Shown here one piece after another: positions 63,260 through 64,000 of a stretch of 64,000 nt of DNA. The position numbers were made by a program, and so were the translations under genes. The DNA is taken from NCBI GenBank assembly GCA_001938485.1, contig MQRK01221314.1, positions 20,675 through 84,674 on the forward strand, in the 5' to 3' direction. Origin of the DNA: Girardia tigrina. Lineage: Eukaryota. Positions within the stretch are counted from its first letter, which is position 1. Every line of letters begins with the position of its first letter. The notes under the pieces were generated by a model. It was not told the origin of the DNA, searched no databases, and saw nothing but the letters and a program-made list of their open reading frames with translations.

Positions 63260-63810
63260 TGCACCATTGTGGTGATAGAACGCTTTTCACAGTTCGGAAG
63301 ATATAAGGAGCAGCAAACGAAAGTATGTTAGCTAAGGTAATAGCAGAATGTGATCGCTGTTTATCAATTGATCCGAAAGACGAACTAGAAGTACCGGGAA
63401 ATTATTAACACCTTGCTTGCGACATTACTCATTATGGTGGTGAAATATTCTTAACGTGTCGATTGCGGACCAAGCCGTTTTGCGATATGGAAGCGGTTGA
63501 GCAGCAAAAGTGTCGAAATCGATGCGGAAACATTGGTGGAAATTTTTTGAGGAAAGGGACCACCACAGGAATTGTTGTTTGATAATGAGAAATGTTTCCG
63601 GTCAGATATAGTACGAAGGTTGTGTAAATCGTGGAACGTACTAGTTAGATATCATTGTGCTTATCTCCTTTCGTGGAATGATATTGTCTAAAGAAACCAT
63701 CGCATGATAAAAAGAATGACGGCAAGATCTGGGAAAGACGTGTTGGATATGGTGTTTTATTACAATATAACACCAAAAACAGGGACGAGTAGCGAGTCGG
63801 TTCCTAGTGT
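63260..63810 (+). mobile_element. Gypsy integrase remnant
   Basis: HH..CDRC zinc motif; LACDITHY; DCGPSRFAIW; GPPQELLFDN; RNHRMIKRM. Confidence 0.85.
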
Positions 63811-64000
63811 AAAAGTCAGTTTATTAAGGGATAATTATCCTTTTAATGACAATTATCACCAAAACCAATTTTTACTGTTGATTATGAAATCTCAGTGTTA
63901 GAAGACTTCGAGACTGTCATAATATTTATTTAAAAGACAATAAAATGAGGAATATCATCAGTATATATACGTGTTAATATATATATATACGTGTATATAT

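Noticed and set aside
1-64000. CRISPR arrays, tRNAs, prokaryotic operons or defence systems
   Set aside because: No repeat-spacer arrays or cloverleaf sequences seen; the DNA is spliceosomal-intron eukaryotic

Overview
AT-rich eukaryotic (metazoan) genomic DNA with several assembly gaps; no prokaryotic features or CRISPR. Almost the whole window is one + strand gene that I reconstructed by hand as 31 phase-compatible GT-AG exons (2827-60590, about 2990 aa). Domain order: signal peptide, LamG, EGF, five Cys-paired LamG-like/pentraxin-type jellyroll repeats, LamG-LamG-EGF-LamG-LamG, five EGF, LamG, one TM helix. This is a neurexin/CASPR-like ectodomain. Its cytoplasmic tail can be spliced in frame into a WD40 beta-propeller region; a competing short terminal exon ending ...IENMI* also exists. 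Introns are bimodal: thirteen of 30-54 nt, most others kilobases long. The long introns are packed with decayed mobile DNA: Tc1/mariner, hATm-like and MULE-like remnants, Gypsy integrases, solo LTRs with 5-bp TSDs, Penelope-like elements carrying minimal hammerhead ribozymes, and a ZnF-Ulp1 protease remnant. They also hold 18S/28S rDNA fragments and stray host-gene pieces (a FERM domain inside a TG..CA element, a mitochondrial SerRS-like segment). All calls come from manual reading and motif recognition; no searches were run.
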